DNA of 64,000 nt from a virus (IMGVR_UViG_3300017754_002058:2227-66226), one strand, 5' to 3'; shown: positions 1 to 7,537, numbered from the stretch's first letter. Translations and numbers: made by a program. Notes: a model not told the origin generated them from the sequence alone.

Positions 1-13
1 TCCATTTGTTTGT

Positions 14-409
14 TTATTTTAGTGAATCTACTATTGCGCAGAATAATTTATCTTTTTGTTGTTGAACCATTGGTAGTAGGTTAAATGGAACTAGACACGG
101 GTGCGTCTTTCTTTCAGCGTCTTTCACTACGCCATAAGTCCATCCATTGTTTATTTTTTCTTCCATCCAAGCATCGTGTTGTGAATCTTCTTTTGCATCG
201 GGGTTGTCTAGCCTAAACTTAACACCGTTTATTGCGCTTTGTCTTTGCCATTCTTCTGCTTCTAACCAATTCTTTTGTGAAGAATCAAGATTGCTTTCGC
301 ACCAAGCCTTATTAGCTTCGTGACAAACTTGCGCTATTCGCATTATTTTGTTTTGTAATACCATAGCCTCCCATTCTTCTTCTGTACCATTAAAGGGTGT
401 TGTTTCCAT
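14..409 (-). CDS. RyR (ryanodine-receptor repeat) domain phage protein
   Basis: Motifs IAQVCHEANKAWC, WQRQSAINGV, QHDAWMEEKINNGWTYG.VKD..RKTHPCLVPF..LP..QQQKD.LF match the phage/bacterial RyR-domain family as I recall it. Confidence 0.8.
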   Translation of the reverse strand: METTPFNGTEEEWEAMVLQNKIMRIAQVCHEANKAWCESNLDSSQKNWLEAEEWQRQSAINGVKFRLDNPDAKEDSQHDAWMEEKINNGWTYGVVKDAERKTHPCLVPFNLLPMVQQQKDKLFCAIVDSLK

Positions 410-417
410 TTGTTTGC

Positions 418-669
418 TTATTTGCGTAAAATTAATTTTAACTGTTCGTCACGTATAAATAGCAGTTCTCCTTCGTCGGTTTGTACCTTTTCAAAATCAA
501 ACTTACTAAATAATACTTCATCACCAACCATTACCGATGTTTTATTTCCGACACCAAATACAACCCCCGAAAGAGATTCTTCTATGGCAATATCGGGAAT
601 TTCCAATATGGTAGACATTTTTTCGGGTGGGTTTTGCTTAACTGCTACCCAATTTCCTAGTACATTCAT
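418..669 (-). CDS. groES: GroES-like co-chaperonin (copy 1)
   Basis: 83 aa; VLGNWVAVK, mobile-loop-like ILEIPD, GVVFGVG, VMVGDEVLFSK, LLFIRDEQLKLIL follow the Cpn10 pattern. Confidence 0.75.
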   Translation of the reverse strand: MNVLGNWVAVKQNPPEKMSTILEIPDIAIEESLSGVVFGVGNKTSVMVGDEVLFSKFDFEKVQTDEGELLFIRDEQLKLILRK

Positions 670-1193
670 TATTTCTCGTAGTTTCTTTGGTTATTCAATG
701 ACGTGTATTCTTTTAAGAAGTTAGCCTTAACTATTTTCCAGTCTTTTCTTTCCGCTAACGGGTGTTCTTTCTCGTGAGTCCAAGCAGTTGCCTCAAAGTC
801 GTCAACTTGCTTTTCCGCTTCATCAACCTCTACTGCGTACTTAGATTCCTCAATACCGTACTTCCCAAAGATAACGTCCATCATTACTTGCTCATAACCC
901 CAATACGCCTTAAATGCGTTTTTGATAGGCTTTGGCAAATTACACAAGTACGCCTCACTAGCTTTGTTCAGTAAGCCGTGTATTCCCATTTCCGAATTAA
1001 AGTCTTTACGTCTACGCAATACCTCTAATACTTTTAGAGAGTGCGCGGCAACCGAAACAGGGACTGGATACTGACCGTTAAACAAGTTAATGCAAGATAG
1101 CGCGTGGGCTATATCCTCAATCCGAATATGGCGGGGATTCGGGTCGGTGACGTTAATCATTGCGCCCGTGTATGTTTTAATTACCGCTTCCAT
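669..1193 (-). CDS. YfbR/DatZ-like HD-fold protein with degenerate catalytic motif
   Basis: IEDIAHALS..N.FNGQ...SVAAHS...GLLNKASEAYLCNLPKPIK; the family consensus LLHDASEAYLGD is changed to LLNKASEAYLCN. Confidence 0.75.
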   Translation of the reverse strand: MEAVIKTYTGAMINVTDPNPRHIRIEDIAHALSCINLFNGQYPVPVSVAAHSLKVLEVLRRRKDFNSEMGIHGLLNKASEAYLCNLPKPIKNAFKAYWGYEQVMMDVIFGKYGIEESKYAVEVDEAEKQVDDFEATAWTHEKEHPLAERKDWKIVKANFLKEYTSLNNQRNYEK

Positions 1194-1528
1194 TAGAAAT
1201 TAAATCCTATAACCATTCCTAGAATAACGCTAATAACGCAAAGAATAGCCACCGCTAATCCGCTACCATTTGGTGCTTCGGTATCAACTTCTTTTGTTGA
1301 TTTTAAAGCCATAGACTCAATACTATCTATAAGTTCTAGCATCTTTTGTTCTTTACCAGCCAACTCAAAGTTTAAGGCTTGAATTTCCAAATCCTTTTGC
1401 TCAATCTCTTTACGGCTTTCAGTTATAGTATTAGCTATACGTTCACTTCTTTCGGGGGATAAATCCCGCCCGTTTGAACTTTTGAAGTAACATCTTACTA
1501 CTTTGTTCTCAAATATAATCTTTTCCAT
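1193..1528 (-). CDS. Hypothetical coiled-coil protein with C-terminal membrane anchor
   Basis: Heptad-like middle region; hydrophobic tail GLAVAILCVISVILGMVIGFNF; coupled to the next gene. Confidence 0.55.
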   Translation of the reverse strand: MEKIIFENKVVRCYFKSSNGRDLSPERSERIANTITESRKEIEQKDLEIQALNFELAGKEQKMLELIDSIESMALKSTKEVDTEAPNGSGLAVAILCVISVILGMVIGFNF

Positions 1529-1544
1529 CTTTTTTTATTTTTGA

Positions 1545-1574
1545 CAAATCTATATTAGTTTTTTATTTTAACAA
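1545..1574 (-). promoter_or_regulatory. Bacteroidetes sigmaA-type promoter
   Basis: TTG-N19-TAGATTTG upstream of the ORF starting at 1528. Confidence 0.65.
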
Positions 1575-1579
1575 CATTT

Positions 1580-2089
1580 TTAACATTCCTTGTGATAAAA
1601 ATAAAGCGCGGTCAAGAACTCGTGCAATACTCTTTTCGTTTCTTTTTTCGACATAAATTTACTTATTGTTAGATTGGGACAAGAAAAATTTGTAATTTTT
1701 TGGTGCTTGTCGTGAATATCATAATATTCATTTATACTCATCTTGCCCACTTTTGCCTCATAAAATAGTCTTTTGTCATCCATCATAAAACTATCTAGCC
1801 CTAGAAATTCGGCATTTAACTGAAAGTGTACTCTAGCTGATATAGTTCCAGTAAACTCGTTAAACATATCATCTACTACCGTTAATAAATAGTGATTATA
1901 AGTAAATACTGGTAGCCCGTCTATAATTCGAACGGAGGCGTCTTTCTTTGCTTCATAAGCTAGTTTTCTTTGGTCGGAAGCGCATCGAATACAACTTGAA
2001 TCATATCTTTTTTTTCCGCTTCTGTTTGCTTTGTAATAAGCGTATAGCGGTTTCACTTTATTACAACTTTTGCATATTTTTGTTTCCAT
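1580..2089 (-). CDS. Hypothetical protein with N-terminal CxxC...CxxC zinc finger (HNH/EndoVII-associated type)
   Basis: KICKSCNKVKP...YY......SSCIRC; no nuclease motif recognised downstream. Confidence 0.55.
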   Translation of the reverse strand: METKICKSCNKVKPLYAYYKANRSGKKRYDSSCIRCASDQRKLAYEAKKDASVRIIDGLPVFTYNHYLLTVVDDMFNEFTGTISARVHFQLNAEFLGLDSFMMDDKRLFYEAKVGKMSINEYYDIHDKHQKITNFSCPNLTISKFMSKKETKRVLHEFLTALYFYHKEC

Positions 2090-4029
2090 TAGAAAGGGGC
2101 TTCTTCGTTAGTATTTGTTGTTTGATATTCGTCGTCGTCAGGGTAAGTGTTTAGAAAACTAGTATTCTCCTTAATCTTGTATTTCTCTATATCCAGCTCT
2201 ACTTTTTGAGATTCCGCTTTGGGGATAGGGATTGAGGATTGAATTTGCTCAAATTTTCTCTTTACCTCCACCTCAATAGGGTCGTAACCGTCAAACTCAA
2301 ATCGCCTAGTGACTACATTGTACTGACAATTAAACGAGCCTTTCATACCCGTTATTTTTTGCTTCTTAATCTTCTTGAATGAGATTTCAGCCGTCGGGTC
2401 GTTGGGGTCTTCTTGGTGGTTAGGTCTATGGTAGACTACGATATTATCCGCCTTGTTATTCCACATTGCACCACCAGCTATATCAAACACGTCGGGGGTA
2501 GAATAATTTTTTTCTCCATCCTTTCTCAACGCTTTCGGGTGGGCTACAATATCCATAAACACATTGTTTATTTGAGCAAACCTCAACATATCCGACAAAA
2601 AAGTTTCTAAGTATTTATCGTCACGACCTCCCGACTTCGAGTAGTCATTAGCCATTTGGTTAAACGGGTCTATAACACAACCATCTATTTTCTCTTTAAC
2701 AATCAATTCTAGAAATTTCTCTTTTATGTAATCGGGGGTTGGGCTTATTGTTTGTGGGTCAATAAAAAAGAAATGTTTTGATATAAAGTCATACGCCCAC
2801 TCAAACTTAGCCTCACCTGCCCTTGTCTGATACTTTGGGTCTATCGAACCACCCAACATCATTTCAGCTAATTCAATATAAAACTCTTCTGCGGGATTAT
2901 CTTCGGGAGCAAACACCGCCCACTTCTCTCCAAACTTAATTGCTCGAAGCAACATTAAATACTTATTCCATATACCCTTACCATAGTTTCCGATACCCGT
3001 TAGTAGTGTCAACTCTCTACGTCTTCGCTTAAAGTGCTTGTCAAGTATTGGAATGTCCCAAGCCAATACGTCTTCACGCCCATTTCTATAAATATCAAAC
3101 GCTTTGTCTTTAACATCTTCACCATACATTACATCCTTCGCTTTTACACTTGGGTCGTAAAAATCGTCACTACGGGGTAAGTCGACCTCATTAGAGCTTG
3201 TTTTATCCACTAAAACACCTTTCGAGATAGTAGCACTACCAAAATCATTTTTAGGCGATTTATACGCACTTAAAATCGCTTGGCGGCACTCTGCTTCGCT
3301 GAAACTAGAATTACCAATAGCATACATACCCGAAATCATACTCACCGCGTTTATTTCGGGAATGCCGTACCTACAACAAGCGCTTGCTAGTTTATAGACA
3401 AACGTGTTTCTCTCGCCAGTTCTGAACGCATCACCCTTATTGCTTAACCAAACATTCAAGGTGTTATAAATAGTTCCGTAGTCCGTTACCGTTTCCTCTA
3501 TACGTACAATCTCTTTCTTTTTGTACTTGGTAAAAACTTTCGCTTTTTCATTTACCACGATTTTGGGGTCGTAACTTTCAAAACATACACGAGATACGTT
3601 GATGCCCGAATTGTCCACGTCGGAATGCAACTCTTTTAGGCTTTCAAAATGTTCGCGGTGCTTAGTTCCGTCAGCTATTTTAACCAACGCTTTCACGCCG
3701 TTGTTTCTCGGACTAGCCCAACAAGCATACACGTAGTCTAACTTCATTAGTTCATCCTTCTTAGCCTGTACGTCTTCCAGCTCATCAAAGTCTAAAACTA
3801 ACAAACCACTATGCTTCTTCAATCCCACATCTGTTCTTTCCGTGAACATACCCGAAAAGCAAACGCTAGGCAAATTCTTCTTCAAACCGTCCGCACGTTC
3901 TTTGTCAATCGCAGTTCTAATTTCTTCTATCTTATCCCTACTAGAACCTAACTTAATTCGTTCTAACGCTTTATCTAGGGTTATGTAGTGGGGAGTCTTG
4001 TCAAAAAGATTCTTAAATATCGTTATCAT
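2089..4029 (-). CDS. Primase-helicase fusion: BT4734/VirE-N AEP primase, PriCT and SF4 (DnaB/Twinkle-like) helicase
   Basis: N-terminal KKNLPSVCFSG...HSGLLVLDFD, ASPRNNGVKALV; GERNTFVYKLASAC (PriCT); C-terminal TGIGNYGKG (Walker A variant), CVIDPFN (Walker B), IVAHPK, IAGGAMWNNKADN. Confidence 0.85.
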   Translation of the reverse strand: MITIFKNLFDKTPHYITLDKALERIKLGSSRDKIEEIRTAIDKERADGLKKNLPSVCFSGMFTERTDVGLKKHSGLLVLDFDELEDVQAKKDELMKLDYVYACWASPRNNGVKALVKIADGTKHREHFESLKELHSDVDNSGINVSRVCFESYDPKIVVNEKAKVFTKYKKKEIVRIEETVTDYGTIYNTLNVWLSNKGDAFRTGERNTFVYKLASACCRYGIPEINAVSMISGMYAIGNSSFSEAECRQAILSAYKSPKNDFGSATISKGVLVDKTSSNEVDLPRSDDFYDPSVKAKDVMYGEDVKDKAFDIYRNGREDVLAWDIPILDKHFKRRRRELTLLTGIGNYGKGIWNKYLMLLRAIKFGEKWAVFAPEDNPAEEFYIELAEMMLGGSIDPKYQTRAGEAKFEWAYDFISKHFFFIDPQTISPTPDYIKEKFLELIVKEKIDGCVIDPFNQMANDYSKSGGRDDKYLETFLSDMLRFAQINNVFMDIVAHPKALRKDGEKNYSTPDVFDIAGGAMWNNKADNIVVYHRPNHQEDPNDPTAEISFKKIKKQKITGMKGSFNCQYNVVTRRFEFDGYDPIEVEVKRKFEQIQSSIPIPKAESQKVELDIEKYKIKENTSFLNTYPDDDEYQTTNTNEEAPF

Positions 4030-4970
4030 TCTTCAAATTTTATTTTAGTTCCGTTGTCTTGGTATTCAAAGTCACCGTTCTTTTGGCATACATACTTTTG
4101 CTTGTCTGCGGAATATACTTTCCAGTACTTGCTGCTTGGGATGTGAAAGAATACGTTGGTCTTATCGGTAGAAATTGAATTCCCTAAACTTACAAAATCT
4201 CCGTATTCTTCTTCCCAGCAGCTTTGATTTATGTACGTACTAAAAAGTTTGTGAGACGGCAGAAACTCATTTCTAGCTAACTTACTATTTCTGTAATCTA
4301 AGTATTTAGTGTATGCAGGAACTAACAAAGGGACAATCTCATCGTAATTCTTATATTTTTTCTTGAACGTATCCCATTCTTTGTCCAAACCTCGCTTTCC
4401 GTCACCAACGAACATACGGCGAAACTTATCAAATTCTAGCTTAAAAAAATCTTCCCTTTCTTTATTGTTTATCTTATTGTTTATCTCTTGTATATCTAGA
4501 GTACGATTTTCAGACGGTGTTTGTCTGATTTTCGTACTGTCCGCAGTCTTATTTTCAGACGGTGTAGTCTTATTTTCAGACGGTGTAGTCTTATTTTCAG
4601 ACGGTGTACGATTTTCAGACTGTAACATTTCGCTCATTTTTGCACTAATTAATTCGGTGTCGTTACTCTTTATCCAAATGGCAATTTCTTCTTGTGCGGT
4701 TTCAATGCTATGAATAAATTGAGTACACTTCAAATTGCCTTGTTCGTTAGACATTATATACCCCTTTTGCTTTAGTGAGGAAATTGCTCTATAAATTGTG
4801 TCTCTGCTCAAATCTAGCCATTCAGCCATTTTTTCTTTAGACTTAACACACCAGTACCCATAGTTCGGATTTTGACTCATTTGATAAATGTCACACAAGA
4901 CCGCCATCTCATTTAGGCTAAGTCTTAATGCTTTTCGGATAATGTGCGTATCGCAACTAATCATTCTCAT
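4026..4970 (-). CDS. Lambda O-like replication initiator (N-terminal wHTH, central repeats)
   Basis: LSLNEMAVLCDIY...SKEKMAEWLDLSRDTIYRAISSLKQKGYI wHTH; ENKTTPS repeats; FDKFRRMF...STYINQSCWEEEY C-terminus; directly upstream of the helicase. Confidence 0.7.
   Translation of the reverse strand: MRMISCDTHIIRKALRLSLNEMAVLCDIYQMSQNPNYGYWCVKSKEKMAEWLDLSRDTIYRAISSLKQKGYIMSNEQGNLKCTQFIHSIETAQEEIAIWIKSNDTELISAKMSEMLQSENRTPSENKTTPSENKTTPSENKTADSTKIRQTPSENRTLDIQEINNKINNKEREDFFKLEFDKFRRMFVGDGKRGLDKEWDTFKKKYKNYDEIVPLLVPAYTKYLDYRNSKLARNEFLPSHKLFSTYINQSCWEEEYGDFVSLGNSISTDKTNVFFHIPSSKYWKVYSADKQKYVCQKNGDFEYQDNGTKIKFEE
4506..4623. repeat. Iteron-like repeats; candidate replication origin inside the initiator gene
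   Basis: Three exact tandem copies of AGTCTTATTTTCAGACGGTGT (4545-4607); the core ATTTTCAGAC occurs at 4506, 4551, 4572, 4593 and 4611; AT-rich tract at about 4440-4500. Confidence 0.75.
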
Positions 4971-4974
4971 TTGT

Positions 4975-5013
4975 TATAAAAAAAAAGAAACCCCAAGGGA
5001 CTAGCTTGGGGTT
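4975..5013 (-). terminator. Intrinsic terminator/attenuator in the leader of the initiator gene
   Basis: AACCCCAAG-ctagtcc-CTTGGGGTT 9-bp stem followed by a long U-rich tract, ending just before the ATG at 4970. Confidence 0.75.
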
Positions 5014-5090
5014 GAGTTAAGCAAGGATTTATTCTTACTCGCCAAAACCCTCGAAGGCTAGTCCTTCTTCGACGGTATGGCTATACTCTG

Positions 5091-5098
5091 CAAATATA
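5091..5098 (-). promoter_or_regulatory. Bacteroidetes -7 promoter element upstream of the attenuator
   Basis: TATATTTG; no -33 element at canonical spacing. Confidence 0.5.
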
Positions 5099-5104
5099 CA
5101 AAAA

Positions 5105-5380
5105 TCAAATTACAACCGCTTCTTCCTTAAAAAATAAATACTCATCTCGATTAAGAAAGCGCATAAGCAAGGAAACGTAAAAGGCATCGCATATATCATT
5201 TAACTTTACTTTCCTGCTCCACTTGTATTCATCACCAGTATTTGTTACGGTTAAAATATGCTTACCCCGACAATGCTCCTCCCATAGTCTGTTATCAGAA
5301 TGGTATAAAGAACACTCGTCTTCCGCTTGGATTAGATAATACTCATCTTCCCATTCCTTGTTTCGGATTACGTACTTCAT
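5105..5380 (-). CDS. Hypothetical protein
   Basis: 91-aa ORF coupled to the upstream ORF. Confidence 0.55.
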   Translation of the reverse strand: MKYVIRNKEWEDEYYLIQAEDECSLYHSDNRLWEEHCRGKHILTVTNTGDEYKWSRKVKLNDICDAFYVSLLMRFLNRDEYLFFKEEAVVI

Positions 5381-5535
5381 CAGTTCTCTAGTTTTTTAGA
5401 CCACTTCTCTTGAAACTCGTAGATTTCGTCGTCAATTTTGTTAGCTTCGGGAACGTTGGCAAATGCACCGCTAAGGGCAAAGGACTTCCAGCTATTTAAA
5501 TTCTGTAAGTGTTTGTAGTAGTTGTCTTTGTTCAT
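5380..5535 (-). CDS. Hypothetical protein (51 aa; start revised to the ATG of MNKDNYY)
   Basis: The track's GTG start at 5595 lies inside the structured RNA; the ATG at 5535 has an A-rich leader. Confidence 0.5.
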   Translation of the reverse strand: MNKDNYYKHLQNLNSWKSFALSGAFANVPEANKIDDEIYEFQEKWSKKLEN

Positions 5536-5560
5536 AATATTTTGTTTTAACAATTCTTTG

Positions 5561-5714
5561 AGCGTCGGGGCAAGGTTGGGTACTTGCACGAACACTTTGA
5601 AATTTACCTACGCACTGTGAGGTAGTGTTCTTCGTCATTCGCATTTCCTTTTCAAAATGCACTTATCCAAGGTTGCCGTGCGTGTCAATAAGCGTCTAAT
5701 TCCGCCACCCGATT
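5561..5714 (-). ncRNA. tRNA-like structured RNA with large internal insertion (not a canonical tRNA)
   Basis: Acceptor-like TCGGG/CCCGA; tRNA-Leu-like TG-GCG-GAATTAGA-CGC D arm; T-arm-like GCAAG-TACCCAAC-CTTGC; internal stems GCATTT/AAATGC, GAACAC/GTGTTC, TACCT/AGGTA; -7 box TATATTTG at 5731-5738. Confidence 0.55.
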
Positions 5715-5773
5715 TTCTCAAAGAACTTCGCAAATATATCCACATTTTTTGGCTCAATAAAAGCCAACAAGTG

Positions 5774-6061
5774 TTAAACTTCTTGACGTATTGTTTTATA
5801 ATACTTCCCGTCTTTGTTGATTGCGGTTCTTATCGTTGGTAATTCCGATAAATCGTAGCAAATATTCAATTCCACTACTTCTCCCCACTCTTCCACTTTT
5901 TTATTCCTTACTATGTGCGTTTCTAAATGGTATTTATCGCCTATTTTATATTTAGAGTTCTCCAGTATGAACTTTCGCTCTAAGTCTATCATTGCAGCTC
6001 TAATTTCGTGGTGCTTTTTAATAGAACGGGTATGTAAGTCTCGTAGTTCTTGTGATGTCAT
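5774..6061 (-). CDS. Hypothetical protein
   Basis: 95-aa ORF overlapping the upstream ORF by ATGA. Confidence 0.55.
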   Translation of the reverse strand: MTSQELRDLHTRSIKKHHEIRAAMIDLERKFILENSKYKIGDKYHLETHIVRNKKVEEWGEVVELNICYDLSELPTIRTAINKDGKYYKTIRQEV

Positions 6062-6243
6062 TTGATATTATCTAAATAGTTCTCAATGCACTTCTCTATT
6101 ACGCCCGAAAAACTCATATCAATTTGTACCGCCTTTCTTTTTACTCTATCTAGTGTTTCTTGGCGTACCATAAATCTATAAGATACACGACCTACGCGGG
6201 TGCGGTAAGGATTAGTCTTGTTTGGATTGCGCTTTGGGTTCAT
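6058..6243 (-). CDS. Small ribbon-helix-helix (Arc/CopG-like) DNA-binding protein
   Basis: ATG at 6243 coupled by TAATG; RVSYRFMVRQETLDRVKRKAVQIDMSFSGVIEKCIENYL has the strand-helix-helix pattern. Confidence 0.55.
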   Translation of the reverse strand: MNPKRNPNKTNPYRTRVGRVSYRFMVRQETLDRVKRKAVQIDMSFSGVIEKCIENYLDNIK

Positions 6244-6434
6244 TATTTGTGTTTTTCTAGGTTTATTAATTTCTTTGTGTACACGGCAGAGTCCAATAAC
6301 TCCTCGTATAGATGTTGCAACCACTCTAACCGAGTAAGGTCTGTTCTATCAACTGTGCAACCATATTCCTTTAGACCTTTTCCTTCTCGTTTTTCAAGGT
6401 CGGTGCATATTTCTTTTACTATTTCTGATTTCAT
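6243..6434 (-). CDS. Small all-alpha MazG/dNTP-pyrophosphatase-like protein
   Basis: G.KEYG.TVDRTDL..LEWLQHLYEELLDSAVY, with an EExxD motif. Confidence 0.5.
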   Translation of the reverse strand: MKSEIVKEICTDLEKREGKGLKEYGCTVDRTDLTRLEWLQHLYEELLDSAVYTKKLINLEKHK

Positions 6435-6438
6435 AAGT

Positions 6439-7317
6439 TTAATTTATTTCGCAACCTCCCGTGTCGCAGCTAGAAAAATCATCAAATTCAAGTTTAAGCT
6501 GGGGTTTCCAATTTATAATATCTTTAAAACTACAATCGTCTCTAAATGTAGCATTAAGTTCTAACTCCATATCGTTAAAAGCCTCAATCTTGTTTCTATT
6601 ATAAGTAAAATTGTATTCCCAATTAGTGTACATTGGGTCAGCCCAATAGCAACCTCGGCAATTATTGATAGTAGCAAAATCAACAGGCTTATTCTTCCAA
6701 AACTCAATGATGTCTTTTTTTAAAATACCGTCTTTTATTAAAGGGAAATTAAGTTTTTGCCAAGCAAATTCCTCCCATTTGTTTTGCCCCTTATCCGCCC
6801 TCCAGCCTTCGGTGTGTTTAGAAACGGTATGCTTTAATACCGAAAAACCATCTTTATCCGTTTTAGCTATTGCTCTTTCAGCTCTCTCGGTTTCATTTGC
6901 TCTAAAACCAATATTCATTTCAACGGGTATTTGTGCGTTAAAATAAAACCATTCAAAAATAGGGATTAACTTCAACTCGGTAGTGCAAAACCGACTGTGC
7001 ATATTAGGCAAATGTTTTCTGCTTCTAACCATTTCTTCAAAAGTAAACCTAGAAGTAACCCATTGAATAGGCTTTCCTAAATACTGCTCTAAATCAATCA
7101 TAGTACTTATGATAATATCATCTTCTAGCGTACCAATAAAATCCATTCCAATTCTATCCTCAACTATTCTTTTAAGAACCAAGTCCTTAAACATTGTTTT
7201 TGGGTTGCTGGAACGAACTAAAGAGAATATGTTGTATTGAGTGGGGTAGTTTACAGCTAAATACGCGCTTGTCATCCCACCGCTAACACTTGTTGCGGTT
7301 ATTAATTCTGATTTCAT
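6439..7317 (-). CDS. PAPS reductase-like (PP-loop) protein
   Basis: SVSGGMTSAYL PP-loop, RFCTTELK, IGFRANETERA, NNCRGCY, C-terminal CDTGGC; start revised to 7317 (ATGA overlap). Confidence 0.8.
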   Translation of the reverse strand: MKSELITATSVSGGMTSAYLAVNYPTQYNIFSLVRSSNPKTMFKDLVLKRIVEDRIGMDFIGTLEDDIIISTMIDLEQYLGKPIQWVTSRFTFEEMVRSRKHLPNMHSRFCTTELKLIPIFEWFYFNAQIPVEMNIGFRANETERAERAIAKTDKDGFSVLKHTVSKHTEGWRADKGQNKWEEFAWQKLNFPLIKDGILKKDIIEFWKNKPVDFATINNCRGCYWADPMYTNWEYNFTYNRNKIEAFNDMELELNATFRDDCSFKDIINWKPQLKLEFDDFSSCDTGGCEIN

Positions 7318-7469
7318 TGCGCTTTGATTACTATATATGGACAAGTGTTTGGAATAGCAGCAATTAGATTCCCGTTTTTATAAAAGAAAACTTTTATATC
7401 GTCAACATTAATGCTATCCGCTTCAAACACAATCTCGTGCGCGTGGTAATATACTTTGTACGTTTTCAT
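7314..7469 (-). CDS. Hypothetical protein (51 aa, not in the ORF track)
   Basis: MKTYKVYYHAHEIVFEADS...; stop overlaps the PAPS-reductase start. Confidence 0.5.
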   Translation of the reverse strand: MKTYKVYYHAHEIVFEADSINVDDIKVFFYKNGNLIAAIPNTCPYIVIKAQ

Positions 7470-7537
7470 TGTTTAATTTTTGGCTAATATACTAGACTCT
7501 TTATGCAATCAAGCCTATCTTGTGATATTTTAACACA

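Noticed and set aside
4545-4607. 21-bp tandem repeats as a CRISPR array
   Set aside because: No spacers, in frame within a CDS, and no cas genes
5561-5714. Functional tRNA-Leu, or an intron-containing tRNA
   Set aside because: No 7-nt anticodon loop, no GG or TTC elbow, only a 5-bp acceptor, no CCA, and no group I intron core recognised; kept as a tRNA-like ncRNA instead
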